A stretch of DNA of 63,225 nt, filler included, from Choristocarpus tenellus KU-1152 (lineage: Eukaryota > Protista > Phaeophyceae), in the NCBI GenBank assembly GCA_964200185.2. It is 7 parts of 7 records of this genome, joined end to end, with 100 filler letters (N's around TTAATTAATTAA, not from the genome) between each part and the next. Parts side by side here need not be neighbours in the genome. Positions count along the whole stretch, not along the records: positions 45,197 to 63,225 come from CAXNAD020000588.1; 6 more parts are not named here. The stretch is one strand, 5' to 3'. Each line of letters opens with the position of its first letter. The first letter of the stretch is position 1. The notes under the pieces are model-generated. The model did no database searches, had not been told where the DNA came from, and worked only from the letters and a program-made list of their open reading frames with translations. Below are positions 51,401-63,225 of the stretch, in pieces. A program made the position numbers and the translations under genes.

Positions 51401-54400
51401 TTCCATCACATGCTCCTTCAGTAATTCGTTTTGGAGCAAGCTCTTGTCAATTGGGGAATTGCGCCCATTAAAGACATCATTGTGGAGAACGCCTGCCATG
51501 GCCTCCGGTCGGAAAAAGCGATGCACATTCCACTGCAAAGGATCGAGAGCGGAAGGGGAGAGGAAAATCTACAGATAGAGTGCAAGAAGGTGCGACAACC
51601 TTTGGCAAGGAATTGGAACTATCTGTGCCATCGCCTGTGGTAGATTTAATCTGTGCTCGGGATAACTTACACTCTGTACTTTTTGGGAACGGGTTCCGAG
51701 AGCAGGGAACGGAGGGGTTCACATATTTAGAATCTGGTAAGTTCGTTTGCGAAGGCTGATAATAAAGAAACAAGCTGAAGATAAAATATTTATCACTAAC
51801 ATTGATGCCGACGGCAACCGAACTGGGGTATTACTGAAGTCACGGTCTATTCCACATTGTGAAAACTTTGGAACGATCCACATACCTTGCCTGATGAGAA
51901 AGACTGCATGTTTCACCTGATACACCTCTGTCGTGTGCATGTCCGTCTGATTACTTCTGGCAGCATGCAAATCAGAACATACCTACGTGGTACCCCATAG
52001 TGCCCGTATTCTCTCAAACAATACAACTCGAGAATGGGATGACCTTGCAAGCACAATAGCAGATTTTCACCATCTCTAAGCCTGCTGCAATGACAACTCA
52101 CTTTCTGGTACCATGTCTGCCGGGTTGCAGAGTGGACACTGCCAACTAACTCCATGAAATGCCCAGGACCACAAGTTGCAAAGCCACTCTGGCGGGTGCT
52201 TTCCCTGTAGGGACCGGTATTTCCACCTGGTACCGCACCCTCCTGGAGTAAGATCAATGAACAGCGAAAAAACTCACTGACGCAGGATTAAGGGGCCAAA
52301 AAGGATCGGAGGATTAGACGACTCTGCTCCGATTCAACACATGTCATTTGAGGGTCAGGGTTTGAGTTCGGATTTTGAGTTCGGATTTTCATGCTCATCA
52401 TGTGAACATGATAGAGTATATTATCACCTTGGTACATTTGTGAGGTGTATGGGTTGTATGGCTTATGGTTCCTGATAGCATTATTGAGGGTTGAGATTTC
52501 CCTACGAAAAAACTTCAGATTTCAACCATTGATAGAACAAACACAGGCATGCACACTCAGCAAGAAGAGTCGGGTATTATCTGCCAACCAGCTTGAGCAT
52601 TGTATGTTTGTTATTCCAGGATCCTTTGCTTCCTTGTAGTGATGTCAATATGATAGTGGGTCCTGATGAGCAAAATATGACCAAGCAAGTGTCACACATA
52701 TGTAACAACAACACGAAATATTATAAAAAAGTGACACGTCATAGATGGGTATCGATGCTGGCATGTGCATTCAATGCACTTATTCATCACACACCCACCA
52801 ACCTGATGTTTGTGTCAACAAACACTGTCTGGCCAAGGTCGCGAGCATTGCGAATAAAGCGAGGAGTTTCATCCAGCTCATGTGGGTTAGCAATCTTACC
52901 ATTCTGAGTCAGCAAGCACAGGGGGAGTATGGGAGAATCGTTATAGTGTGCCCATATACATACAAAGGTACACCTACTGTATAGTGGTAAGATAATGAGC
53001 CAGAGTACCTCAGAGGGTAGAGCGCTGTCCACTTGGGGGCCAAACGTCAATCTTGCGATTTTGATGTAATTTTGGCTATCATGTTTGTTAGGAAGTGTCA
53101 ATATCCATGTTCCGGACACATCTTTTCATAACGTACACATTTTACCTACTCTGAAATATGTTGGAGTAGGAAAATGTCATAAAATACACCATGGGAAGTC
53201 AAGGTATAAATGGACAAACAGGGCAAAACTCGTACCCTCTAAGATACTTTCACTAAGCAAGAAGTTAAATTTAGGGCATTCACACAAACAACATGCACAT
53301 TTCGAAGTGGTTGGTTCTAGGTGAGGTATGAATATACCGCAGCTAGGTGTGGATTGATGCACTGTTTATAAACTCAGAACATCACTTACGAGGTGTTGAG
53401 GACTGAGCCACTGGACTGACTGCGCAATCTAACAATGTTAGGGGGCACTCCAAATGTGGTGAATCAAGCAGTGTGTTAACTCTTTCAGCAATTGTTTGTG
53501 TTCCATGTACAACACTTCCCACCTGAGCAAGCAGTGTTGGGGAGCATACTCGCATCCAAGTCATGACAGGATGGAGAGGGTAGGGGATGGGGTACAGCAA
53601 GATGTATCCTACTTAAATATTGTCCACTCTCTTGGTGTACTATAGCAAACATTTTGCTCTTCAGTTCACTACACCTCAACTTCAACCTGACTTGCATTTT
53701 TGAAAGTAGACCTTGCTGGTAGATTTGTACTTTCTCAGCACCCTCTATATCGCAAACATGCACCTCAGGCAGTTGTAAGTATGTGTTGACTTTACCTTTT
53801 GCTCCTTCTACTGGAGTGATGGACATGCACCAAGGTGTGCACCAATGCCCCCACATGGGTGCAACAATGTATTTCTTCTAAATCTCTGAGGTTGAACAAA
53901 TTCCTTTGGCCGTGCTTGAGGATGTGATTGAGAGACCCAAGCAATTCTAAAGAGGAGGTACCGGATATCTGCAAAATGGCACCTTTTTTTTTTCTATTGT
54001 CCCTGGCTGCAATTATCGATACAAGTGCGTTTCTCCACATGAACTAAACAATAGTAGAGTATTCCCAGAAAATGGTTCAATAGCGCATATTGTTGGTCCA
54101 GATGCATACAAGGACCTATCTGTTTACCATTCAAGAAATCCAATACCAATGCACAACATAATACTGTTTTTATCTTCTGTTTCCAACAAACACAGCAGCA
54201 GGTCGATGTCGAGCATTTTTTGTCCCCAATACATTGCACAAGTGTAAGTGTGTGTGAGCGTAGCCACAGGTATGACTAGGAGATTCAATTTAACGTGAGA
54301 ATCTACATCACAATTACAGAGGAGGCACCCCAAGAGTCGACCTAACCATTACGTCGCAGCCCTACAAGGTCATACATGCTCTCAAAGACACACACCTGGA

Positions 54401-57044
54401 TGTCCAACCAATCCTGGTATTCCGTCATGAAGTCTAGACCAGGCAAGGGCGTTTGGAGCATCGGTGCAACATCAATGCCATCCAACCTAAAATTCTTGAG
54501 TAGGCACTATGTGAACCATCCATGCAAGCATGGCAGCAGGGACAGCAATAAGAGCATATTGGAAAGCATAGTATTAGACGTTTTAGATCATTCTTAGCGT
54601 TTTTCCCGCTTGACTGTGTTAAAAGAAATTTCGCCCACAGAGAGGGTTCGGGACAGAAACTACAGATGGGCATGAAAAGACATTCTTGCCTGTGACACAT
54701 GTGGTCCCTCAGTCACCCCAGGGAATGATGTTCGGAAGAGTTGGCTGGCGGGATCCACCGATCCACCAGAGTCTACAGGTCGACCATAGCCAAAGTATCC
54801 AGGCATTTCAGCAAGATTCTCTGAGGTGCAATGCAAGGAACGACGAGCCTGTGAGCAAAGGGCGCAGGTCTAATGAAGAAGACTTGCGTGGCATGCTAGG
54901 TCTTGGATTCATGTGGGCGTAGTACATGCCCGAAGGTACGTCAGTCTAATGCACTATTCCAAGATCCACAGCAAGAACACTTGATATCGCAGTCCTGTTA
55001 CTCTACTGTAGATTGAAAAATCAAGACCACTCATCCACTCACCAGCAGCCTTCTTTGCCAGCTCGTTTGTACCGTACTCACTGAAGGGCACATCCCTAAG
55101 CAATGACATCCAGTACACCTTCCGTGGGGGCATTGAATGCAGTAGTTGAGTGGTAAGTACGAGCACAAAATGCGTCTCAACAGATAGACGTATGCAGCAC
55201 GCATTTACCACACAAAAACGACAATTCAATATGATGCCAAAGAACAGTCCTTACTGGTGATACGGGACTTGTAACTCCGTACTGATCAACATGAACAACA
55301 ACGGTCAAAATTTTTGTCCACAGTGCAATGGGGGCAGTAGGTCAGGGCCAGACTTGCTATGCCACACAACAAGGCACAGTATACTCCGAGTACAAGTTTG
55401 GGACGTATAGAAACACCTGTTGTATGCATTCAACAGACATGGGAATCTTAGATGCAACATGCATGCTACCTCAGCCATCTGGGCCGCCAGTTGAGCGGAT
55501 TCTAGGCTTGGTGGTGGCCTCATCACGATTGCTTGACTGAAATGAACAGCAAAAAGAGGGTGAGGGAAGACAATGGCAATGTCAACAAGCAGGCCATCTG
55601 GTTAGGCAGGGTGTAAGACAGGGAGGTTGGGAAGCAAAGGCGGATTTCAACCTCGGTGCTTCGAGTTGCTGACATAATAGATTAATCTGCAGATCTGTAT
55701 TGCAACTATGCCCCAAAGTAGGAATCCAATTGCTCGTCCCTAGACCTGTTGTAAATGCACCACTTGCGGAGCCCCTCCTCACATTTTGTTTATTATTAAC
55801 AACTTTTACTTATTCCTTAAGGACTTTTCTGTCCTGGGTTACTAACCGAAAAGCTGTAAGATTATAAGGTCCACACCCAAACCCTATCGCTAACCCCAAA
55901 ACTAGCGTTAACACTAACTTAGAAAAGGATTGTTTGGACCTCTACACCACTCTTCTATGTGGACTTCTTCATACAGTCGTGATAATTCTAACCCAGGTGG
56001 ACCTGGTCAGTCTAATTCAGGGGGTCCAACTAACACTATCCCAGAACTGAAAGAATGCCCAGAAAAAACAAGAAACGCTGCAAAAGCTGGCAGAATATGT
56101 GAGAGGCAGGGCTGCGCAATTGGGAGGGACTCTGCAGTGCACTATACCTTCATCGAGTTACCAATGTGCATGCTGCTCGTTGAGAACAGCTGCAAATTGT
56201 AAGTCAGGTAGAGACAAACTAGTGAACTTCTCCACTAGGTCAAAAGTAGAGATTAAGGGCAGGTTCAATTCAACAAGATGGCCTCCAACTCACAGGTCAG
56301 GTCCTCGCATCTGGAAGGTTAGTCCTCCCAAAGGATTTGCTAGCTTTCGTGGTCCTCCAGGGATTTTATCACACTCATAGAAATCCCCTGAGGACAGGCA
56401 ATGTAGTAGAGCATCGTAAGCTTCGGTATCTACCTGTGCGAGAACAAGGGGGGTGGGAAAAGGTTTGAATTGGAAGGATATATCAAAGCTTGATGGAGGA
56501 CCAATTCGACTTACATCACAAAGGAGGTTGGTGCGTACAATAAAATCCCCTTTCTACATATGTGCTGACCGTGCAAGTTTCCTTAGCACAGGATTAAAGG
56601 TTGAATGTTGTAGCAAAGTTGATGCATGGAACAAAGGTATCGAATAGGAGAATGTGTAGACGGAGAAGCAATATCATAACTGCCCAACCCCTTTCGGTAC
56701 ACTCATTGAAATGTGCGCATCATGATCGATCCTCGTTCATGGAATCAACAAAGGCTCACCTCTCCGTACTCATTATGGGGCAACGTCTTGTGGAAGTTGC
56801 CTAACAACGATGGATATTTCTCCTCATCTCCGTTGTTCTTGTGGCACTGGTGTCTTAGGTCGAGTTCGGCCTGGGCAGCATCAGAGCGCTTCTCGAAGGC
56901 GGCGACTCTTCTGGCCAGGGGGGCGAAGGGACTGATGGCGGCGTCCGACTCGCACATTATGGTGTCGTCAGATTGCCCTCGGCAAGGAGATGAGATCAGG
57001 AGCACCAGCAGATACGTTGCACGCAAAAGGTAGTCACGCATCAT
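48432..57044 (-). CDS. Vanadium-dependent haloperoxidase (probable iodoperoxidase type), secreted, complete, 587 aa; 14 exons: 56760-57044, 56294-56433, 55470-55536, 55043-55118, 54690-54820, 54396-54506, 52803-52903, 52102-52276, 51335-51532, 50814-50897, 50095-50252, 49365-49449, 48883-48954, 48432-48512
   Basis: Signal peptide (MRDYLLRATYLLVLLISSPCRG). Motifs NFHKTLPH, EVYWMSLLRDVPF, DPASQLFR, RFIRNARDL and GELNKLA. Vanadate-binding motifs WYQKWNVHRFFRPEA, HPSYPAGH and GRSMLGVHFRAD. The exons sum to 1764 nt with consistent phases. Confidence 0.95.
52997..53254 (+). mobile_element. MITE family A copy in intron 6 of the haloperoxidase
   Basis: GAGCCAGAGTACCTCAGAGGGTAG ... CGTACCCTCTAAGATACTTTCACT. 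Confidence 0.85.
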
Positions 57045-58897
57045 GTTACAGCTGAGGTCAAGAGAGTTGTTAGGACTAGTGTGTACTCCAACAGAGCAGA
57101 GCTTAGAATCGGTGACAAAGTCTTGCTTTGTTCGTGGATTCGATGATACCGGTTTGCTTCCAGGTCCCTGGAACAGGATCGGTCCTCTTTAGAATGCTGT
57201 CAATCCACTAAACACTTCGAGGTTGGCGAAGATGTATCTTCTCACTGTCCATATTCCACACTCTTAGGCTTATCCTTTTGCAATGAACGAGGAACTAACC
57301 GCTCTATACATAACTCCATCCTCATATCTTGTTCTCACTTTCTTCACCTGTAGATTAGGGGTATTTATTGGAATAAAATAGGGTGGGGTTTAAAGAGAAG
57401 GGTTAGATTCTTCGAAAATGTGTGGGAAAAAGTAGAGAAAATCGATTAAATACATCCGAAAAATACCATATTCAATCACGATATACAAACCATGTTTCTT
57501 AACGTCATGAACGTCCAGAACAAGGGATGACATCTAACTCTAATATTATTGTAGTTGTGTAATAGCAATCTTCAAACTAAGGTATGTCTTTAAGATGACC
57601 CTCCTTGAGAAGATGTACTTCAAGGTCGTCTGTTGCTTCGTATCACATGTGCATTTACTTGAAGTAAATATTGGGAGGTTTGAGTGGACCTTACAAACCT
57701 CCCTCATTCACTTCTTACCTGTTCACTGTGTGCAAATTACTTTGGGAGGTAATGCTATTTGTTAGTAGTGAAGATAAGAAGGTGTGAAGACTCACACGAC
57801 CTCCTTTGCTGAACGTGATTACATGGTTGAAATTGGAAGAGAGAGTGACCTTTGTGGGGTGTCTTCTCATTGTTTGTGTTTATTATTATTGTGTTTTCGC
57901 TATCTATTTCAAAGTAGCGAAAGGGAATGAATAACAAACAAATTCCATATATGGATTCAATCCAACACAATAATCTCATATACACAAAATAAGGTACACT
58001 TCACTATTGTCCTATTTTGCACACACTGTTCCCCGATTGACCTTCTGAGGGATTCCTCACCCTCCTACCTTGTCTCTCTCCATTCCCTTCCTCCTGTTGG
58101 TCTTCCCCCTCCCCTTCAGTCTGAAGATTCTGCCTGTCTGTTTCTATCTTTTTCACAGTTGTTCAAACAGTCTAAATACTAATACGTGAAAATTCTCCCA
58201 TACCAAGACCATCCTTGGCTGATTAGGTTTAGGTTAGGGCTAAGCGTTGGGGTAGGGTCATAGTTGGGATTCTTAATATTAGGAAATGTTTTTCGAAAAT
58301 GTGTGGTATGTGGTGAGTGAGGGGGACCAATCAGCTGTGAGGAATGGTCAAAAATCACCATTTTGTGAAAGAGCAGTTTTGGTTTAGGTAATCCCAAAAC
58401 AGCACAACCGCTGATCTTTCGGAATAAATCTGATTTGAATTTCGCATCTGTTCCCTTATTATCACATGGTTCTGATCTTATTGAAATCAGCTCTTACGAA
58501 GAACTGTCCATTATAAATATCACTCGACATAGTTCGGTTGAAAATTTCCCGAAACTATTCTATCTATTCTCATCATCTAGAGAAGAAGGGCTATATATTT
58601 GGAAGGAATAATTTTGTGGAATTGGTACAGATTTTGCGAGTTGGTAATTTGGTTTCAACGATGCAAAAACAGAACACAACGTTTGGCAAGAGGTTAGATG
58701 TGAGAGCCTTTGACGACAAGGTTGATTTTAGTATATCGTTAGAAATGGTGAAAAGGAAAGGTTACAGGGAAAAAATGTGTGGACACGGGAATATTGGATG
58801 TTTCACAGAATGCGGTTTCCACTATTCTAATTCCCATGTTTGAAGTTCAAGAGATTAATCACCTCTGTTGTAGTACTATATTATTATTATTTGCAGT

Positions 58898-58909
58898 AAG
58901 TAGTAGTTT

Positions 58910-58942
<33 letters not shown>

Positions 58943-58961
58943 GAGTAGTAGGAGTAGTAGT
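58898..58961. repeat. (AGT)n microsatellite, followed by ATT/ACT-rich repeats
   Basis: Directly visible. Confidence 0.9.
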
Positions 58962-60652
58962 AGCATCACTATCATTATCATTATCACTATTACTACTACT
59001 ATGATTACTATTATTAATATTGCTCACTACCTCCACCTACCTAGTCCCTTGACTCATCGTATCCCAGTCCCTGGTCTGAGGCTGCAAACAGTGCATTATT
59101 TCTCATCATACTATCTACTCACTGTTGTTGTGTACTACGACTAAATTGTATTACTTCCATTCCTATCTAGTTTGTCACGCGTTGGGTTCTAATTCATAGA
59201 GTTGGAGCCAGCTAACAACTCCGTTCCTATCCAATATGATCAAGGCATGGGAATGTGAATATTTCCGGACTCATCGATTGACAATAACAGCATCACACCA
59301 CCAGGAATGGTTCCAGTTTCACCTTCCCACGTGGAGAAATTTTCAAGACCAGGATCAAGGGTTCAGTTGTTCTGAACCTTGGGACAATTTGTTCGGTGTA
59401 TTAAAACGGGTTCAGCACTCTCACTCTTTGTCACTACACCTCCCTCGAATCTTCAGCTGGACCTATCCTGAAGCTTCTACATCAATCTTGGTCTTGACGT
59501 TTTGTGGGATAGCAGCAGACATGGTATCAATAAAATAATTGCATTACGAGCTTGTCCATGCAGCTCAGGTGGTTGTCCGCCCACATTCGGTCATAGGAGT
59601 GCTCGGGTTCGGATCTTGGTTTTGTAGAGGTCAAATTCTCTTCGGAGAGGAAGTTTGACTCTGATGGACGTGCAATAGTAAGTTAGACCTGTACCTTACT
59701 ATCTTCCGCTAAACTACAAAAATGGGGGAACGACGAAAAGATCTGGATCGCCGTGGCAAAGATTCATTGTGGACGGAGAGAGTATGCACCACATTCGAGG
59801 GAGGAGGTGGAAGGGAGACTGGTTGGTGCAACCGCTGGACCTAACGCGTGAGAAAAAATCAATGCACACACACACCGAAGTACATTTAGTTATGGTGCAA
59901 CAGGTAGTTCGTAGAGTAGAAGAAATACCATGTGATAAGTCTAGTGATGTGCTCTGCGAAGTTGATACTATATACATTACAGCACCAACCAATCCTTCAG
60001 TGTAGGATGGCGATGCATGCTCTGAGTAGAGGCGCATGTTACCTTATGGTGAAAATTGCAGATGTGTTGACTCTGAGTATATTCCGTCCAGGTGTGTATT
60101 GATGTATAGATAATGCAGAAGTAAGATGAGGCCTCACAAGGTGGCAATACCTTCAGAACATTCAAGTAAGAGAGTCAGATACCGGAGTCAGCTGTCCTGT
60201 CGAAAATGAACAGAACCAAAGCTTAGGTCTGAGTCAACACAAACGTGTGACATGGGTGGTCACAACTGTGTTTGTGTGATGGGTACAGACTATGCCAATA
60301 CATGAGCGAGAGTAACGATGACCACACAGAGTGAAACGGTGAGATGTGATAAAATACAGCACAGAGGACCGTATATAGTAACTGTGAATAGCCACACACG
60401 AAGGGAACATCACTAGAAAACATAGCAGTGGTTGCAGAGTGTTGATACTGAATTGTATATATGTATCACAGGGACAATAGTAGGCAATGTCTCAGCAGTC
60501 TGCGCGAAAACGAAGCTACTCACCAAGTTTTTCAATCTCGTTTGAGATTGTTGCCCCCGCGTCTTTAGCACATGCGAAAAAACACTATTGACGCTCCATT
60601 CCTCCCCAGACCTGTTCCTCAACAGATCTAATCATAGGTTCACGTCGGTTTT

Positions 60653-60831
60653 GACCCAAATTATCTGGGGGGGGGTTGGGGTCTACACCAGGGTGTCCAT
60701 TTGAGTCAAAACCAAGAAAAGTGCTCTTACATTATCCATCCGACGTACGCAACCAAATCACCCAAAAATGGTGACATGAAAAAATGGCCCCCAAATGGAC
60801 AACCGCCACCCGCCTCCAGATACTTTCAGCC
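60653..60831 (-). mobile_element. MITE family B complete copy, TSD TTTT
   Basis: GACCCAAATTATCTGGGG ... CTCCAGATACTTTCAGCC, flanked by TTTT at 60649-60652 and 60832-60835. Confidence 0.82.
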
Positions 60832-60899
60832 TTTTGAACAATATATATAATACTTGAATGTTTACACATTTGTTCACGAAAGAGAGTGAGTTATTATTT

Positions 60900-63225
60900 G
60901 TAGGCTCTAGTTGCCCCAACGAGAGACCAGGGCAGCCGCAAATGGTTCGACCACTTGCTCACCAAAGCTCGCACCTTTGAAGAACAACTACCACACGGTT
61001 AATCCCTTCTTGGGGAACAGTGACCTGCCCAAACTCCCTGCTGAAGCAACCACAACCATATATTAAATGTATAGTCTCCCCCTTCTCCTCTCGGTCATGA
61101 GCACACCAACAAAAGAAAAGGAGAGGTGGGTAGCTGGGAGTTAATTCAATGACATAACCATTCTTTCTCATTTCATCTTCCATATGTGGGTATCATTCGA
61201 GCATTCTCTTCGTCTCCCCACTAACCATCCAGTCTCTCTGTTTTTTAACTGCATTTTCAGCTCTCTAAACATACTCCAACTTCTTTTTTCTTTCATCTTC
61301 AACTCAATTATGTACTATAATCTTCAACCTTCACTTCACGAAACGCTTCTTTCACTCAACAAAAACTGTTGTCAACAGAGAAACACACAAGTTAGTTTTG
61401 CTCACGAAGGTGAATTATTACTAGGCTCCAGTTGCCTCAACGAGAAACCAATGCTACTGCCATTGGTTCGACCAATTGCTCACCAAAGCTACTCCGACTT
61501 TTTGAGAACAACCACAGCACGGTTACTCCCCTCTTAGGGAACAGTAAACTGCCCAAGCCCTTCTTCAAGGACCTTTTGTTGAAGGTCCCTAAAATTCAAC
61601 CTTCCCAAATATATTCCCCCCTAAAATCTGCTCCCAAAATCAAGTCCCGTCTAATGCACCTGAAACTCTCTTTAAGACGCTTACAGCTTCAATTGACACA
61701 TAGAACGCCTTCCACCTTCCCATTTGAAGAATCTCAACTGGAGTCAATCCCTTCTCGGCAATATTCGTCGCCGGCTTTGTCCTCTCAGGATGCAATACAA
61801 GTTCCTTACTATTGTGTCTTTGTTTGCCCCTTCCCAATAACAAAATGCTTCAAACTCTTTAATCCCCCCTCAACTGTATTATCCTACCCTCTCCTCTTCT
61901 TGGGGTAAGTCTCTTTATTATTCCTTTGACAAAACTTTGTCTACTGTTTCAGGTCTCTTCCATTGGCCGAGAGAGTTCTGCTGGCCATCCCTCCTCCAGC
62001 CAGTTGGCTGCAAGGTTATAGTAAATGTTCTTTGTCCCTCGTGTCTAGCAGCACCTCCTCCCAGGGCACCAATGGATGGGGTTGCATATTTTTCATTTTT
62101 TTCGATATTCTACACGTTTCCATCTTGAAATTCCTGTCTGCTATCCAGTTAAAACCCTTTCGACATGCCTAGCCTTCTGGCACCAACCCTTGTGTTTTTC
62201 GGACCAACAGATCTCATGATGTATCCTAACTTTCTATCCTTTGCCCCCCTACATTTGCTAACTTGTCGTGTTGCTGATGAATTACCTCCCCTCATTAGCA
62301 CCGCTTTTCCTCCCTCTATCGGTGCCTCTTAGACCCACCACCATCACCCAACCTCTCACTACCATACCACTACTACTTCCAGGAAACTCATTGAAATTTC
62401 ATGACTCTGCTCTCTTTTTGTCAGACTGTCTGGTAAATCGTATCTCCACTAGGCACTCAAGACTGGACAATAACCTTTCAATTGCCATTCCACTCGAAGC
62501 AGATCACCAGGGTCTCTTCGGTGGTATCTCATTTTTTTTATAAAACGGAGCTGATAATGACTGACCTTTCTCCGATTCCAGATTGTCCAATGCCCATCGT
62601 CACCATTCTATTTTTCTATGCGATTCTTTGATCTATATTATTGCGCTTTCAACTTTGTCTCTTCAGGTAAGGATGTTGCCTTTCAATTTCCAATGGATTC
62701 GCAATTGTATATTTAGACACTGGTTCCCATTTCTCTGTATCGGACTTTAGCATTTTATTGTTGTAGTCCAGTATGAATGTTCTGGCTGACTCAACGCCAG
62801 TGCTTTTCTTTTCCCATATTGCGTCCTCTGCCATGTCTATACTATGGCGATTCCTGTGCTGTGGTGCCGCATGTAAATTTCCTTTTCCCATAATTGCGCT
62901 GGGTACCCCATTGTCTACCACCACTACTAATATATCGATATCTGAGAAGAAATTTACATCCCTGAAGTATGATTTAATCCTTCACCAATCTAGGTGTAGG
63001 GTTATCAACCTTCCACCCAACTATCATGCCACCCCCCCAGCACCTCCTGGTATCATCTGCAACGGGTCTGCTGTTGTGCCTGCAGTTATCTTTAGCAACC
63101 AGTGCCTGTCCTGTTCATATGCTTTTGATAATTCCTCTGCAGCGTTAAAGCTAAAACTGTTACAGGCGCCCTTCAATGCTCACCTTCCAGGATGTACAAC
63201 TCAAATCCAACGACCTCAAAACGAC
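60900..63225 (-). mobile_element. Possible degenerate Gypsy integrase/chromodomain end
   Basis: LVVVD..KSTGVESARTF (integrase-like) and VEIL..R/IWE (chromodomain-like); a diverged ~145-bp direct repeat at ~60902-61045 and ~61423-61570. Confidence 0.35.

Noticed and set aside
59200-60640. Copia integrase remnant on the minus strand (RSGEEW..F..LKTRG)
   Set aside because: A single weak motif; not enough support to list as a feature.
1-63225. A metabolic or defence gene cluster (ilvA, fructokinase, MLKL-like, AroQ-like, haloperoxidase)
   Set aside because: Each gene is on a different contig, so adjacency is not established.

Overview
Intron-rich eukaryotic DNA, most likely a brown alga (Phaeophyceae). 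This is inferred from a brown-algal-type vanadium haloperoxidase, a helical-domain+TKL kinase family recalled from Ectocarpus, and the transposon types. The window is not contiguous: seven contigs (1-4176, 4277-9903, 10004-23168, 23269-25988, 26089-41578, 41679-45096, 45197-63225) are joined by artificial 100-bp linkers (N44-TTAATTAATTAA-N44). Spliced genes reconstructed by hand: two exons of threonine dehydratase; a complete 5-exon ROK fructokinase with a C-terminal membrane anchor; a 5-exon MLKL-like protein (helical bundle + TKL domain with HRD changed to HGN); a two-exon ParB/Srx-like (DGNHR) fragment with one in-frame TGA; a multi-exon, probably decayed Ser/Thr kinase with Sfi1-like repeats next to CxC/KDZ-like remnants; the last exon of a degenerate type II dehydroquinase-like protein; and a complete 14-exon secreted vanadium haloperoxidase with a PAGH (iodoperoxidase-type) site. 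The rest is mostly decayed transposons (Gypsy, Copia, RTE, CRE/RLE-type LINE, DD39D-type mariner) and two related Sola2-like MITE families with 4-bp TSDs. All family assignments come from motif recognition by eye; no searches were run.
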